From: Macrostomum hystrix
Lineage: Eukaryota; Animalia; Platyhelminthes
Reading direction: 5' to 3'
Assembly: GCA_950097015.1 (NCBI GenBank)
Contig: CATNEN010000001.1
Span: 18,228,001-18,292,000 of the forward strand
Length of the DNA stretch: 64,000 nt
Shown: positions 37,013 to 49,465 of the stretch, one piece after another
How positions within the stretch are numbered: position 1 is the first letter of the stretch
How the letters are laid out: every line of letters begins with the position of its first letter
Position numbers and translations under genes: made by a program
The notes under the pieces: model-generated
What the model was told of the DNA's origin: nothing
The model's database searches: none
The model's input: only the letters and a program-made list of their open reading frames with translations

Positions 37013-39639
37013 GCTCCCTGTGGGAACGTGAAGCGTGGGAACCCCATGATGAAGCGTGGTTGGCTCGGAGGGGTTGTTTACGCGAACTTGGGAACGAACT
37101 AGACGATGGTGCCATACATCCCTATTTGAGCGGGGGACAAAGGGGAACGAACTGTTTTTCCTCTTCCCACCAAAACTCGAATAGTAAAGAGCTCGTCAAG
37201 TCAAAACTTCAAATCTAATTCTATATTCTATACTAGCTAGAATTGTTAAATAGGAACCTTTTTTATTAGCTCAAATAAGAACTGACAGGTAAGCTAAGTT
37301 TAGGTGCCCATGTCGGTTTAATATTTTCCTATTTGTAATAATGTATTGTAAGAGTTTGTGGCATGTCAAAATCAATCCATATTTGTTACTGCTGTATAAT
37401 AGTGTACATAGTTGGAAATTGCTGGTATTATAAATATTACTATCAATATTAATAGTAGTAATAGCTCATTAATGCTGCCTGCTAAACAAGCTTTTCATGC
37501 AGATCTAAACAGTGGCATACATAGCCTAGAAATCCATTCCAGGGGTCATTACTGTCTCGGGTGTCACGGCAAGCTCATGCTGATAATTTTCGCTAATTTT
37601 TGGTGCTCAGAATTCTGATGAGTAATTGTAATGGGGCTCCAACCCCTCAGCCACATAGATCGTCACAGCGTCACCTATCCTATATGCAGAGGATAGGCCA
37701 CCCTCTCCCATTCAAATGCACGCTCTCCTATTTCCCCTGTGTTAGGCAGATTTTTGGTAACCCATATGTTACCAGTAATGTTACCAGTATGTTGCCGGTA
37801 ACCCAACATATCAAGGTGTCAAATCTTAGATAGTCCAACTCTTAATCAGTGCACCCACACCTGCAGCCCGGAGAAATATGTAACATGCCCTGTGGCCTGT
37901 GACTATGACCTGCTAAGAGTGCCTTCAAGGAAGTGAATATTTCAGTCAAACCAATACAGAAAAGTTGCGACACAGACTACTAGATGAGGAGTAGTATCAA
38001 CTGTTAGCCGTTCTTACTCTGCATCTGGCGCAGGAGAAAAGGGGAATGACGGAGAGATCGGGAGAGAGCAGATGAAAAAAGCACTGTGGAAAGCGGCAGA
38101 ATTTGAATGTAATTGAAAGTTAGAAACAGGAACAGCCTCTATTTGTCAAAGTCAGTGTGTTAAATATAAGGAAAATGCCTGACCATAGCGGGCATGTCTC
38201 CTCGAGGCTGATGCAGAGAGGAGAATCTGAGAATCACATGGAATCGAGTCCTCGTTTAATTATTGGTATTAGCATGTAGCATTAATAGAATAGGACCATA
38301 TAGGACCAAAACACATGTTTATAAAAAATGAGGGCCATTGCATTTGAATTCACATTGAACTGTAACTTTCACAAAAGCAATCAATATTTTTATAGATATT
38401 AACTCACACGCTCGTCCAAAGAGTCGAGCTGCAGGCTGATAGTAGCTAGCTCTGAGAGCAAAAGTATTGCAGTAACTTGAGGCTTGCCTAGAACCAGACA
38501 ATGGCAGTTTGACAGCATAGACCTAGTCGTCCATTAGAGTCCATAATGTTGACAAGCGAACAGTCAGGCAGCAAGCAAGGCAGGCTGAAAATGTTTGTGG
38601 AAAATGTATTAATAATATCAATATTTAGTGCAAAAACTGAAAACCATGATTAAACTGTGATTACCTCTTTAAAAGTTGAAAAAACTCAAAGCTTGTGAAA
38701 TGTCTGCAGCATGTGTTTTGACTAGGGCCTGTTAAGAGTACCTTCAAGGAAATGAATATATCAGTCCCACTGGTAGCTATAGAATACTTAAATAGCTGTT
38801 CCAAGACCAAAAAATTCACCATGCCCATGCTAAATAATTCCTGAAGAAAAAGTTTCAAAGTAGAACTAATTTTCAAGTTAAGAATTCGAAATTGTATTTC
38901 ATGAAATTTTTATGCTTTTTCCTATTAATAGCAATGGTGACATGTTACAGTTTTGGATTTTCTAACTTGACCATTTTGTGGCCCTATAATATGGTATTAC
39001 TTGACATGCCTATAGACTCTCCAAAAATATATACTTTGCCAATGAAGAGTAGGTAAATAGTTCATGTGACAGACATGTGATTTACATATTGCTAAAAACT
39101 TAATTTTAGATGGGACCTACTAGCGGCAATGAATTTCTTCGAAAGAAAGGCTGTGCTAGTAAGTGTTTTATATACAGTAAGACTTAAAGGAATTGGGCAT
39201 TTCTGCACCTACTAACTTGGTTTTTGTTCAGAATTGTACAGCTGACTGGAAAAAAAGAAAAGGGCAGCTTTCTTAGTTTTCTAAAAAATGGGTGACTGCC
39301 TTAAAAACTTGGTAAATATGCTTTCATGGATAATGCTGGTTTGGGTATTAATTTTTCATTTTTTATTTAAACAGTTAATTCAGTAATGGTGTTGTTCTCT
39401 CCCCCAAGGTAAAGGGGAGATTAACTTAAGCATGGCCTCACTTTTAATTCTGCAGTTCTGGACAAAAGCCTAGTAGTGGAAATCTTGTTTAAATATTTTT
39501 AATATCACATACCTCTTCATTTCAGCTTGGACTTCAGCATTGCTAGAGAAGTATAGGGGTCTAAGTATAGCAAAAAAAAGAACGACTAAGAAAAGCTGCT
39601 AAAAATCGACCTCGCCCAATTAAAAGAATCATTCAGGAC

Positions 39640-40662
39640 TTGGACAAACATAAAGAAACTTACATTGTTATTAGAATTACTGAACATGACAGAGCCAGTT
39701 ATTACTGTTCTAAAGATGTCACTGGCACTTTGAGTGGACAGGTCCAAGAAGCATGTAGTTCTATTGTTGATTTTATAAGAGCAGATAAGCAAGCGCAACA
39801 CAGGCTTCAAAATTTGCAGCAGCTTCCTCAAACAGAAGGAAAGTTTGAAGAAATTATTAAAAAGGGTGTTGTCTACATGCGCAAGGAGCTTAGTAAAATA
39901 GCTAAGGACGCTTATGAAAGGGCAGGCAACTCTGGTGCAATTCAATGGGCACTTATAGCTTCTGATTTAGCTACAGGTCAGAAGAAAGGGCCAGGACGTT
40001 TTATTCCCAACTTTTCTTCACCCCATAATCTTAACCAACAGCAATGTGTTGCACAATTTCAGGCAATTTCTGATCATGGTGAAGTGAAATTCTGGTCTCA
40101 TTCAGAATGGAATGAGAGAAATGTAGCACCTACAATTAGCACAGAAGGTACTCTGGCAAACCAAAATCAAGCATTGCTTGTTGGCATGCAAGGTACTAGT
40201 GCAAATGGTAATGATTCTGCAATAGTGGCTACACAGCAAAATGACTATGCTGCTGAGGCTGAGATAAGCCTCAATGAAGAATGTAGTCAAAGTACAGAAG
40301 CATCACAAAGTAATGTCAATGATATTACCAGTCTCAACAATACTACTTCAAAAATCAATAGTATTGACAATTTATTCCAAAATCCAGACGCTTATTTAGA
40401 AGACATTCATTTGCAGCAACTTAGAAGTTCTCAAAATCAAGTAATACATAGTCACCTACGTCTTGCTCAGTTTTCGCAGAATTATTACCCAGGTATGTTA
40501 TTGCCACAAGAAATACAGATATCTGAGTCTCAAGTAACTCCTCAGGTACCTTTACAATTTTCATTACCAAGCCTGTCACATATGACACAGCAAAGTGCTG
40601 CTGAAGAACATGTTATCTCACAACAGCCAAACAGTAGGACAGTCCATCTTTTTCCTAGATAG
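39640..40662 (+). CDS. Unknown protein; long exon of a probably spliced or degenerate gene, Q/S/N-rich C-terminal half
   Basis: 340-codon non-repetitive open frame in AT-rich DNA; small candidate exons at ~39110-39160 and ~39230-39310; no domain recognised. Confidence 0.45.
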   Translation: MDKHKETYIVIRITEHDRASYYCSKDVTGTLSGQVQEACSSIVDFIRADKQAQHRLQNLQQLPQTEGKFEEIIKKGVVYMRKELSKIAKDAYERAGNSGAIQWALIASDLATGQKKGPGRFIPNFSSPHNLNQQQCVAQFQAISDHGEVKFWSHSEWNERNVAPTISTEGTLANQNQALLVGMQGTSANGNDSAIVATQQNDYAAEAEISLNEECSQSTEASQSNVNDITSLNNTTSKINSIDNLFQNPDAYLEDIHLQQLRSSQNQVIHSHLRLAQFSQNYYPGMLLPQEIQISESQVTPQVPLQFSLPSLSHMTQQSAAEEHVISQQPNSRTVHLFPR

Positions 40663-41992
40663 ACTAGACTGCAAATTGTTAAATAAAACAGTCAGTATAT
40701 TGCACTTTATAGATGTGCTATTAAAATCAATGAGGATAATGTACATTGCACTCTTTAGAAGTGCTGTAAGCCTCAGTAGAAAGCTTTTTAATGTAGATTG
40801 ATATAGCTATTATGTGCTGTATTCATTTTAACCACTTGCATTTAACATAGTGCTGTGAAGCTAAAGTCTTAAAAATTGACCAAAGCTCTGAATACCTTGC
40901 ACTCAAAATCTATGGGCACTTCTGGAAACCTTCTCGCTTGGCAAAAATGGATAAAAATATAGGTAGGGTCAGCTGTCAACTCACTATTTAAATCTGAGAT
41001 CCATATTTGCCATCTGGTGTGCCTGATAATCTTTTGTATACAGCTATTTTGCTACTATACAAGGTGAGATCCTTGTGTTTTAGCATTATAAAATGTTTAC
41101 AATAGAGAGCCAATTCCAGTTAAAAAATTAACAATATCTATTATATTTTACATGTAAATCAAAAGCACACACTCCATTACAAAAAATATTTTCATATGTG
41201 TTCAATGTGGTCTATGACAACAACAGCAGCACTGATTATAGCTAGTTATGTCTTAATATAAATATTTATTCCATCCTTAAACTGAAAGAATTCCTCTAGC
41301 CAAATAGGGTTGTAATTGTAACATTTATTCCAAAAAATCATATATTAGCTAAATTTAAGCTAAGAAATTTGTTTCTTCATATAGGACTAGCTACTTCTGT
41401 TCTGTCCTCTTCAAAAGAGACTTTAATTTTTTAAAGATTCACATAGGGCATAGCTATAGCTATGCTATAGCAAATGTTTACAAAAAACTCACATAGATAA
41501 TTCACACAAGTGATATATATATGTGATCCTACATTAGTACTACTATTTGTTGTATCTGACTTTCCATCTAATTTTTTATATTAAAAATCGATTTTTAATG
41601 CAGAAAACAAATTATTTGTCCTTCTATACATTATATTAGATCATTGGTATAATAAAGTGCTTAATGTTACCAAACTTTAAAAGTTAAATTAAAACTTACC
41701 GAAATCAAAGAAAATATTGACGAATTTGATCAGGAAAATCAAGTATGAGTATCTTAAACAATAAAGCTACTAAGTGACAAAGTTTTGGAATATTCTTAGA
41801 AAAGAAAAACTCTTTTATGTGCCCGAAGAGGCCAGGTAATATTTGAACTGACAAACTCACCTATAACTTACATATACTGCTATAGCTACCTCACCGTTAG
41901 TTTACTGGTACAACACTTCCTTGAATCATGTTTGTTAATTTCCAAGAAACATAATTTGCGTGATTAACGAGTTTGGCAATACATAATTTCAG

Positions 41993-43096
41993 GCATCAAA
42001 GAAAAAGTCGGCCGGCCGGAAGAAGGGTCGGGCCGACGCCCGTCCTTTGCGGGCCCCGCCACGCCCCCCGACCCGCCCCGCGCCACCGCCAACGCCACCG
42101 TCATCGCCGCCACCGTCCAGGCCGGCCACCAGGGCTTCATATGCCCGGGTGGCCGGCGCTCCCCCCCCGATCCCGACTCAGCCTGCCCCTGCCCCAGTCC
42201 GCCCTCTTCTCCCCGCCCAACCCAACCTTCCAGCCCGCCCCATCCCTCCTCAACCCAACCCAGGCCCACAACCCACCCTCACCACCCCTGCCCCAGTCGG
42301 CCAACCGCCCCGTCCAGCCCGCCCCATCCCTCCTCAACCCAACCCAAGCCCACAACCCACCCTCACCACCCCTGCCCCAGTCGGCCAACCCCCCGTCCAG
42401 CCCGTCCCATCCCTCCCCAACCCAACCCAGGCCCAGCCCACCCTCCCCCCATCGCCAGCAGCAGCAGCAGAGTCGCCGCGGCCGCCCTCATCGGGGAGGC
42501 CGCAAGTGGCGCAGCTGGAAGATGAATGTGAGTTTCTGTGCCTTTATATAGTGTTGTTGACAGTGACCCTCCAAACTCTTTAAATTAATTCTTCAGTGCA
42601 GTCAATAGCAGAAATATGCATTTATTCGTTGATTCGGGGCTTTGGGATTTACAGCTTTAATCCCAGATCCCAAGTCCTTCTCTGATCCCAAATCCTTCTC
42701 CAAAATCCCACTTCGTCAGTTATCGACTTTATCATGCAATCATCCCCGTTCATTAGTTATCCCATTTCATGAGTTATCCCCGTTTATCAGTTATACAGTT
42801 ATACAGGATTGTACTAACAACCGTCCTTGCTCTATATTTTTTGTTTTAAAAATTTGCAGAGAGACAGCGTGCGAGCTTACCTGCTCTTGATGGAGCAGGT
42901 AAAACTTCGCTCGCTGTCGGCGTATTGTCGAGGGTGAGTTAACTTTTTGTCAATGTTAATTTCACAGCTAATGATGGAATTCTCTAAATCAATTCAATTG
43001 CCAGAAGGTCTTGTATTTTGCAGCAATTTCGGTTTCATGCCACCGCCGTGGCATTGCGGCCCGGGCGGGCCCGGTGGTGGGGGCATCGCTTTCTGG
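41993..43096 (+). other. Candidate GC-rich exons (Pro-rich 41993-42527, 42859-42933, ~43004-43095) of an unidentified gene
   Basis: TTTCAG and TTTGCAG acceptors, three GTGAGT donors, sharp GC contrast with flanks; reading frame unresolved. Confidence 0.3.
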
Positions 43097-44375
43097 TGAG
43101 TTCTGGCTATTCTGCCAACAAATAAATACGCTATTTTCTGTCTATGTGTGCCTGATCCTGTCTATCTGCCCTGCCCCTGCGTAAATCAGGCAATTTCATT
43201 GGCCACAAGTGTTAGAAAAAAGGAAGAAATGAGCTTCGCTTCCAGTCCAAATTTTAATTTTAGAATGTGACTAGCAATTAAGCCGCCCCGAGTTATTCAG
43301 TTATTCAAAAATTCGTCACAAACTAATTCGTCACTTCGTCAGATATCCTCTTCAGCAGCTATCCCCTTTCACCAGTTATCCCTCGTCTACAGTTATCCCA
43401 TATCGGCAGAAATCCCATTTCATCAGATAGCCCACTCCAGGAGTAATCCCACTTAACCTATTATCTTACTTCAGCAGTTCCAATGTCAGCAGTTATCTAA
43501 CTTCATCAGTAATTCAACTTCTGCAGTTTTCCCAGTGCAGCAGTTATCCCACTTCAGCAGTTATCCCACATAAGGGGTAGCAGGGGCCATCAGATTAGCG
43601 AGTTTAAAAAATATGTTTATCCAGACGCAAATGTATTTTATCTTCAAGGGCAATAAATTTCGAAGGTCCCAGCGAAAAAAGTAAATTTCTATGTGCATCC
43701 GTTTAAAAAAGACATCGCTTAGAAAAGTGGCCTTTAATATAATTTACAGTCTTTAAGTGCCGCGTCCTTCTACTCTAGTAGTCCTTGCAAATAACTACTA
43801 ATTTTGACTACTAACTAAACTTTTCCGTTTAGCTTCCAGTGCAGATGCTGCTATATAGGGGCCCTTTGACTAAACCCTTCTCACACCGAGCCAAACTAAC
43901 GACCGTTTAATTTATCGATCCTTCCAAACCAAAAATATTTGTCAGTCATTTAACACCCACCCCATTCCCAAAACCCCATATTCGCGTGCGATTCGCTGTG
44001 ATTCATTTAATGACACCCACCCCATTTCCCAAACCCCATAATCGCGTGTCCTCTCTGTCTTGAGGCTCCTGGCTTGCCTATTATGGTGTCCTGCATATCA
44101 CACCATCTATTTAACACAAGACCAGAACAAAGACGCTCGTTCAGTCTCGACTCTCAAACTATTTTGTCATTAGACAGTGGACTTGTTGATTCTACTAAGA
44201 AAGAAAATTGTTTATCGAATCTAATAAACTTCAGTACATCTTTATTTTTATAACGTTGAGCTTTGCAAAGACTATCTGAGATTGAGAAAAACAGAAGAAC
44301 TCTGAGAAGAACATATTCTCATCGCATTCTCCCTAACTCTCCTCTTTATTAAAGACCAAGGAACAACTAAACATC

Positions 44376-47300
44376 TGTAGTGCAGTTGAGTGAGAAAGGA
44401 ACGTGGCCTCTTGGGCCGTATATTTGAGTTGTTATATAGTGCCGTCCAGTGCAGGCAGGCCGACGTGCAGTCCAGCCATGAGCGCATTACGCAACAGTGC
44501 GTGCATACATACAGTACGTGCCAAGAGCAGTGCACGTTGACTATGCCCGCGTGGGAGGGACAGGGCAACGCAGTGCACTACATCTCTCCCCCTCAGAGTA
44601 AAAAGGTCAAACGCGCGGCGCATTGAGTGGGTCTTGAAAAATCAGAACGCAAAAAAAACGCAAATAGTTCGCATGGAAAGATGCCTCTCAGGCCCTGTCA
44701 CTACAGTCACTCCTTGTAGCAGATGTGCCTCTTAGCCTGCCTGGGGTGGGGCCTCTGCGCTATGGCACCGTCCGTGGCGCCGCCGTCTGTGGCGGGCTGC
44801 GGATGAGCGGGCCGGCCGTCCCGCGGTTCGTCTGGCTCCCAGGGGCACTCGCGCAGCGGCTTGGTCTCAGTCACGTGCCGCCGCAGCACGGCCTCGCCTC
44901 TCTCCAGCGTCAGTGCATCGCCGTGGACCGCTTTGACGAGCCAGGGGCGCGGGTCGAACGGGCACCGCAGTTTGGCCTTGCCGCGGTTCCTAAGCAGCAC
45001 GCGGGCGCCCGCCGCGATGCCGTGTGGTGCTGCCGCTCGTCGCTTGTCAGTCGCGCGGCGCATCGCCTGCTTGTAGCTGCGGTCATGACGCTGCAGCTGC
45101 CGACCGGCGTCGTCCAGCTGCTCCGCGGGGCCGGCCGGCAGGAGGTCGCCTACGGCCCTGTTAAACATGAGATCGTTGGGCGACCGGCCCGTGCCGCGGT
45201 GCACTGAGTTGCGGTAGCCGAGCAGCCACTCATGGATGGCCCGGCGCCAGTCCTTGCCCTCCGCTGCCGCGGCGTTGACACACTTGTTGAGGCTGCGGTT
45301 GAATCGCTCGACCTCGCCGTTCGCTGCCGGGTAGAGTGGGGTGACCCTGCGGTGCTGGACTCCGAGGCCGTCGAGGAACTCCTTAAACTCCTCGCTCGTG
45401 AAGTAGGTCGCGTTGTCCGTGGTGATCTGCTGTGGCACGCCGAAGCGACTGAACGAGGCCATGGCGCAGGTGATGATGCTGGCGCTCGTGAGGCTGCGCA
45501 CCACGTAAGTGTCCGGGTACCGGCTGAAGTAGTCCACCAGGACCACCACGTTCTCGCCCGTCGGGAACGGTCCGCAGACGTCCACGCTCAGCGATTGCCA
45601 CGGCCCCGGGGGCAGCGGTGTCGGTTGCATCGGCGGCTGCTTGACGGCGCCGTCCGGTCGAGCCGCCTGGCACGGGCGGCAGCGGGAGACAACGGCCTCG
45701 ACCTGCTGTGTCATGCCGGGCCACCAGACCTTCCGCTGCAGCCGGTCGCACGTTTTCTTCTGGCCGAGGTGACCCTGGTGTGCCAGTGCGATGGTCAGCT
45801 GCTGCAGCTCCGCCGGGATCACGATCTTGCTGCCCCGGAGCACCACGCCGTCGTGGACGCTGAGCTCATCCTTCAGGGACCGGAAGCTGTGCGCCGGGGC
45901 CGCGGCGCCGCAGCGCCAGTGGCCCGTCGCTAGGGCTTGCATGACGACCGTCAGGGCGGGGTCCCTCTCGGTTGCAGCGCGAATCCTGTCCATCGTCAGG
46001 CCCTTCGGTGTCGCGGCCTGGACCACGGCGTTGAGCAGCCTGGTCTCCGCGGCCACGTCCATGCCCGGCGACGTCTCCGGCAGCGGGTTGCGGCTCAGGG
46101 GATCGGCCGGATTGTCCTCGCCCTTGCGGTAGTGTAGCGTGAACGAGAAGTGCTGCGTCTGTAGCATGATGCGCTCGAGTCGCGGCGGTGGCCGGGAGTC
46201 TGGCCTGTAGATGCCCAGCAGCGGCTTGTGGTCGGTGTAGACGTCGAAATGAGGACAGCCCTCCAGGTAGAACGCGAACTTTAGGCAGCCGAACTTGACG
46301 CCCAGGGCCTCGCGCTCGATCTGGCTGTAGCGCCGCTCGACCTCGCTGAGGGTGCGGCTCGCGTAGGCCACCGGCCGGGTCTGCCCCCCGGGGTGCCGCT
46401 GCTGCAGGATGGCGCCGACGCCAGCGGGCGATGCATCGACCACCAGCTCTGTTGGCAGCTGTTTGTCGAAGAAGGCCAGGGTGCGGCTCTCCGAGATGCA
46501 GTCCTTGACGTTCTGGAAGGCCTGCTGCTGCTCGCTGTCCCAGACAAACTCCTGGCCCTTCCGTGTCAGCCGCCTGAGCGGCTCCGCCATGTCCGCTAGC
46601 TGGGGCATGAACTTTTCCAGGTGATTGGCCAGGCCGAGAAACGACCGGACCTCCTTGACGGACTGTGGGTCTTTGAAGGCTTGCAGCTCGGCGATCTTCT
46701 CTTGTGATGGCTGGATCCCAAACTTGGACAGCGTCATCGCCATGAACTTTGCCTTGCCGATCCCCCAGCGGCACTTGCTGCCGTTGAGGGTGATGCCGTG
46801 CTCTCGCAGTCTGGTCAGGCAGGCAGCCACGTGAGTCTTGTGAGCCTTCAGGTCTCGGCTGTGGACAATGATGTCGTCGTGGATCCACTTAACACCCGTC
46901 AGGCCCTCCAGCACTCGCTGCATCACGCGCTGTAGGATCTCTGACGCAGAGGCGAATCCCATACTCAGGCGAGTCAACTGCCGCATTCCTCGGGGCGTTG
47001 AGAACACGAAGTACTTCCGGCTGTCCTCGCTGATTTCAATCTGGTGGAATGCTTTGAAGATGTCGAGCTTGCTGAAGATCGATGAGCCAGCCATGTCGCT
47101 TGTCGCCTCCTCGAATGTCGGGATCTGGTGTCGCTCCCTCAGCGCCGCCTTGTTCACGTCGCGCAGATCCTGCGTGATCCGCACGCTCTTGCCGTCCTCC
47201 TTCGGCACCACGACGATGCGGCTGACCCACGGCGTGGGGCCCTCGACTGGCTGGATGATGCCCAGCTGCTCCTGCTCGTCTAGCTCGCGGTCCAGCGCCT

Positions 47301-48867
47301 CCCGGAGGTGCACCGGAACGCGGGAGGGCGGGTGGCAGATTGGTCTGGCGTCGGATTTGATGTTGATCTGCACAGAGACGTCCTTGACCTTGCCGAGGCC
47401 TCTGAAGAGCTCGGGAAATTGCCTGACGACCGCCTGGATAGCGGGGTCCTCCGTCTCGGTTGCCTCGATCGCGTGGACCTGAGGCCCCAGGCTCAGGAGC
47501 CGGAGCGCAGTCGAGGCCTCACGTCCCAGGATGTTGGTGCCGCCGCCGGGGACGACGATGAAGCGAACCGTCCTGCTGTTCTGCCCCGTTGACACCCGAA
47601 GGCTGCAGGCTCCCAGAGTGCTGAGCGGCTTCGGCGAGCGGAAGGCGAAGATCTTCGTGCGAGTTGCCTGCAGCTGCGGGGGTCCCGGCAGTGTCCGCCA
47701 GGCCTGCTCGGTGATGATGTTGCAGTCAGCGCCGCTGTCCACCAGCACGGGCAGCTGCGTTGAACCGACGAACACCGACGTCTGGGCTCCGGCTGCCGCG
47801 GTTCCTGTGGCTGCCACGGTCAGGCAGAACACGCCGTCCTCCGCCGCTGAACTGTCGCTGTCAGCCTGCAGGGCGTGGACGTCTTCCTTCGGCCGGGACA
47901 GGCAGGCCCTCGCCAGGTGATTTCGCTTGCCGCAGCGGTTGCACGTCTTGCCTTCGGCTGCGCTGCACGTGCGGTGGCCGGGGGCTCCGCACCTGATGCA
48001 CCTGGTCTGCCTGCCGTTCGGCTGCTTGTCTTGCGGCTGCCCTGTCGGCCGCCGCGCTGCAGGGGCTGCTGCACCGGCCTCCTGACGTCGGAGCCGCTGC
48101 ACAGACGCATCGTTGGCCTCCATGACGCTCGCTTGGGCCTCCGCCGCTTCCATGGCCCGGGCCGCCCGCACCGCCTGCTCCAGGTCCACGTTGTCGATGG
48201 CTAGCAGCTTTCGACGGAGCTGGTCGGAGCTGCAGCAGGCAATCACCTGATCACGGATCAGAGACTCTCGCAGGTCACCGAAGGCGCAGCAGTCGGCGGC
48301 GTCCTTGAGGCGCTGGAGCCAGTCGTCTATGGGCTCACCGGGGCGCTGAGTGCAGAGCCTGAACTGGTAGCGGGTGAACGGCAGATTCCGCTTGCCGTCG
48401 AAGTGCTGATTGAGCGCGACAACGAGTGTATCGATGTCCTTGCCCGCCGCCTCGTTGGTGAGGCCGGCCGCGATCGCCTGCAGGTCCTCGCCGGCGGTGT
48501 ACAGTAGCAGCTGGCGCAGCCGCTTCTTGTCGTCGATGCCTGCGGCGACCGCGAACAGCTGGAACTGGGCGAGCCATTTCTTCCATTTTGTCTGGGCTGT
48601 GCTAGGGTCCGTGCGCAGGTCCAGTGCGGGTGGGGTTTGAATACTGACTTGCGATGCCATTGTAGTGCAGTTGAGTGAGAAAGGAACGTGGCCTCTTGGG
48701 CCGTATATTTGAGTTGTTATATAGTGCCGTCCAGTGCAGGCAGGCCGACGTGCAGTCCAGCCATGAGCGCATTACGCAACAGTGCGTGCATACATACAGT
48801 ACGTGCCAAGAGCAGTGCACGTTGACTATGCCCGCGTGGGAGGGACAGGGCAACGCAGTGCACTACA
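44376..48867 (-). mobile_element. Intact Ty3/Gypsy LTR retrotransposon (Mag-like), recent insertion
   Basis: Apparently identical 207-bp LTRs (44376-44582, 48661-48867) with TGTAGTGCA...TGCACTACA ends; 5-bp TSD ACATC; PPT GAGGGGGAGAGA next to the 3' LTR. Confidence 0.97.
44707..48660 (-). CDS. Gag-Pol polyprotein (1317 aa): Gag, two Zn knuckles, protease, RT, RNase H, integrase
   Basis: CIRCGAPGH and CNRCGKRNHLARAC; VLVDSGAD; WIHDDIIV; VVDASPAGVGAIL; HQGH...CRPC; integrase D-D-E (DVCGPF, TTDNATYF, NGEVERFN). Confidence 0.97.
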   Translation of the reverse strand: MASQVSIQTPPALDLRTDPSTAQTKWKKWLAQFQLFAVAAGIDDKKRLRQLLLYTAGEDLQAIAAGLTNEAAGKDIDTLVVALNQHFDGKRNLPFTRYQFRLCTQRPGEPIDDWLQRLKDAADCCAFGDLRESLIRDQVIACCSSDQLRRKLLAIDNVDLEQAVRAARAMEAAEAQASVMEANDASVQRLRRQEAGAAAPAARRPTGQPQDKQPNGRQTRCIRCGAPGHRTCSAAEGKTCNRCGKRNHLARACLSRPKEDVHALQADSDSSAAEDGVFCLTVAATGTAAAGAQTSVFVGSTQLPVLVDSGADCNIITEQAWRTLPGPPQLQATRTKIFAFRSPKPLSTLGACSLRVSTGQNSRTVRFIVVPGGGTNILGREASTALRLLSLGPQVHAIEATETEDPAIQAVVRQFPELFRGLGKVKDVSVQINIKSDARPICHPPSRVPVHLREALDRELDEQEQLGIIQPVEGPTPWVSRIVVVPKEDGKSVRITQDLRDVNKAALRERHQIPTFEEATSDMAGSSIFSKLDIFKAFHQIEISEDSRKYFVFSTPRGMRQLTRLSMGFASASEILQRVMQRVLEGLTGVKWIHDDIIVHSRDLKAHKTHVAACLTRLREHGITLNGSKCRWGIGKAKFMAMTLSKFGIQPSQEKIAELQAFKDPQSVKEVRSFLGLANHLEKFMPQLADMAEPLRRLTRKGQEFVWDSEQQQAFQNVKDCISESRTLAFFDKQLPTELVVDASPAGVGAILQQRHPGGQTRPVAYASRTLSEVERRYSQIEREALGVKFGCLKFAFYLEGCPHFDVYTDHKPLLGIYRPDSRPPPRLERIMLQTQHFSFTLHYRKGEDNPADPLSRNPLPETSPGMDVAAETRLLNAVVQAATPKGLTMDRIRAATERDPALTVVMQALATGHWRCGAAAPAHSFRSLKDELSVHDGVVLRGSKIVIPAELQQLTIALAHQGHLGQKKTCDRLQRKVWWPGMTQQVEAVVSRCRPCQAARPDGAVKQPPMQPTPLPPGPWQSLSVDVCGPFPTGENVVVLVDYFSRYPDTYVVRSLTSASIITCAMASFSRFGVPQQITTDNATYFTSEEFKEFLDGLGVQHRRVTPLYPAANGEVERFNRSLNKCVNAAAAEGKDWRRAIHEWLLGYRNSVHRGTGRSPNDLMFNRAVGDLLPAGPAEQLDDAGRQLQRHDRSYKQAMRRATDKRRAAAPHGIAAGARVLLRNRGKAKLRCPFDPRPWLVKAVHGDALTLERGEAVLRRHVTETKPLRECPWEPDEPRDGRPAHPQPATDGGATDGAIAQRPHPRQAKRHICYKE

Positions 48868-49049
48868 ACATCATTATTCGTTTCTTTTATTAAAAATGGC
48901 TAATTTTGTTGACTATATTATTGACTATTTTCGTATTGTGGATTGTTCATATTGTTCATTGTTTAATTCGGGCAGACAGGAGGGAGTGAGGGGCAGAGAG
49001 GAGAGAATTGAGATCATGGGATTGGAAAGGGGATCGTGGGATTGGAAAG

Positions 49050-49465
49050 TGGTCAGTGCCCTCCTTGCTAGAGAGGGGTCAGTGCCCTCCCTGCTAGAGA
49101 GGGGTCAGTGCCCTCCCTGCTAGAGGGGGCAGTTCCCTCCCTGCTAGAGTGATCAGTGCCCTCCCTGCTAGAGGGGCCAGTTCCCTCCCTGCTAGAGGGG
49201 CCAGTTCCCTCCCTGCTAGAGTGATCAGTGCCCTCCCTGCTAGAGAGGGGTCAGTGCCCTCCCTGCTAGAGGGGCCAGTTCCCTCCCTGCTAGAGTGATC
49301 AGTGCCCTCCCTGCTAGAGAGGGGTCAGTGCCCTCCCTGCTAGAGGGGCCAGTTCCCTCCCTGCTAGAGTGATCAGTGCCCTCCCTGCTAGAGAGGGGTC
49401 AGTGCCCTCCCTGCTAGAGAGGGGTCAGTGCCCCCCCCTGTTATAGAGGGGACCAGTGCCCTCAG
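49050..49465. repeat. 22-26-bp minisatellite (CAGTGCCCTCCCTGCTAGAGAGGGGT)n
   Basis: ~17 variant copies. Confidence 0.9.

Noticed and set aside
44725-48640. Many overlapping alternative-frame and antisense ORFs within the Gypsy element
   Set aside because: Expected shadow ORFs of GC-rich coding DNA; no motifs.
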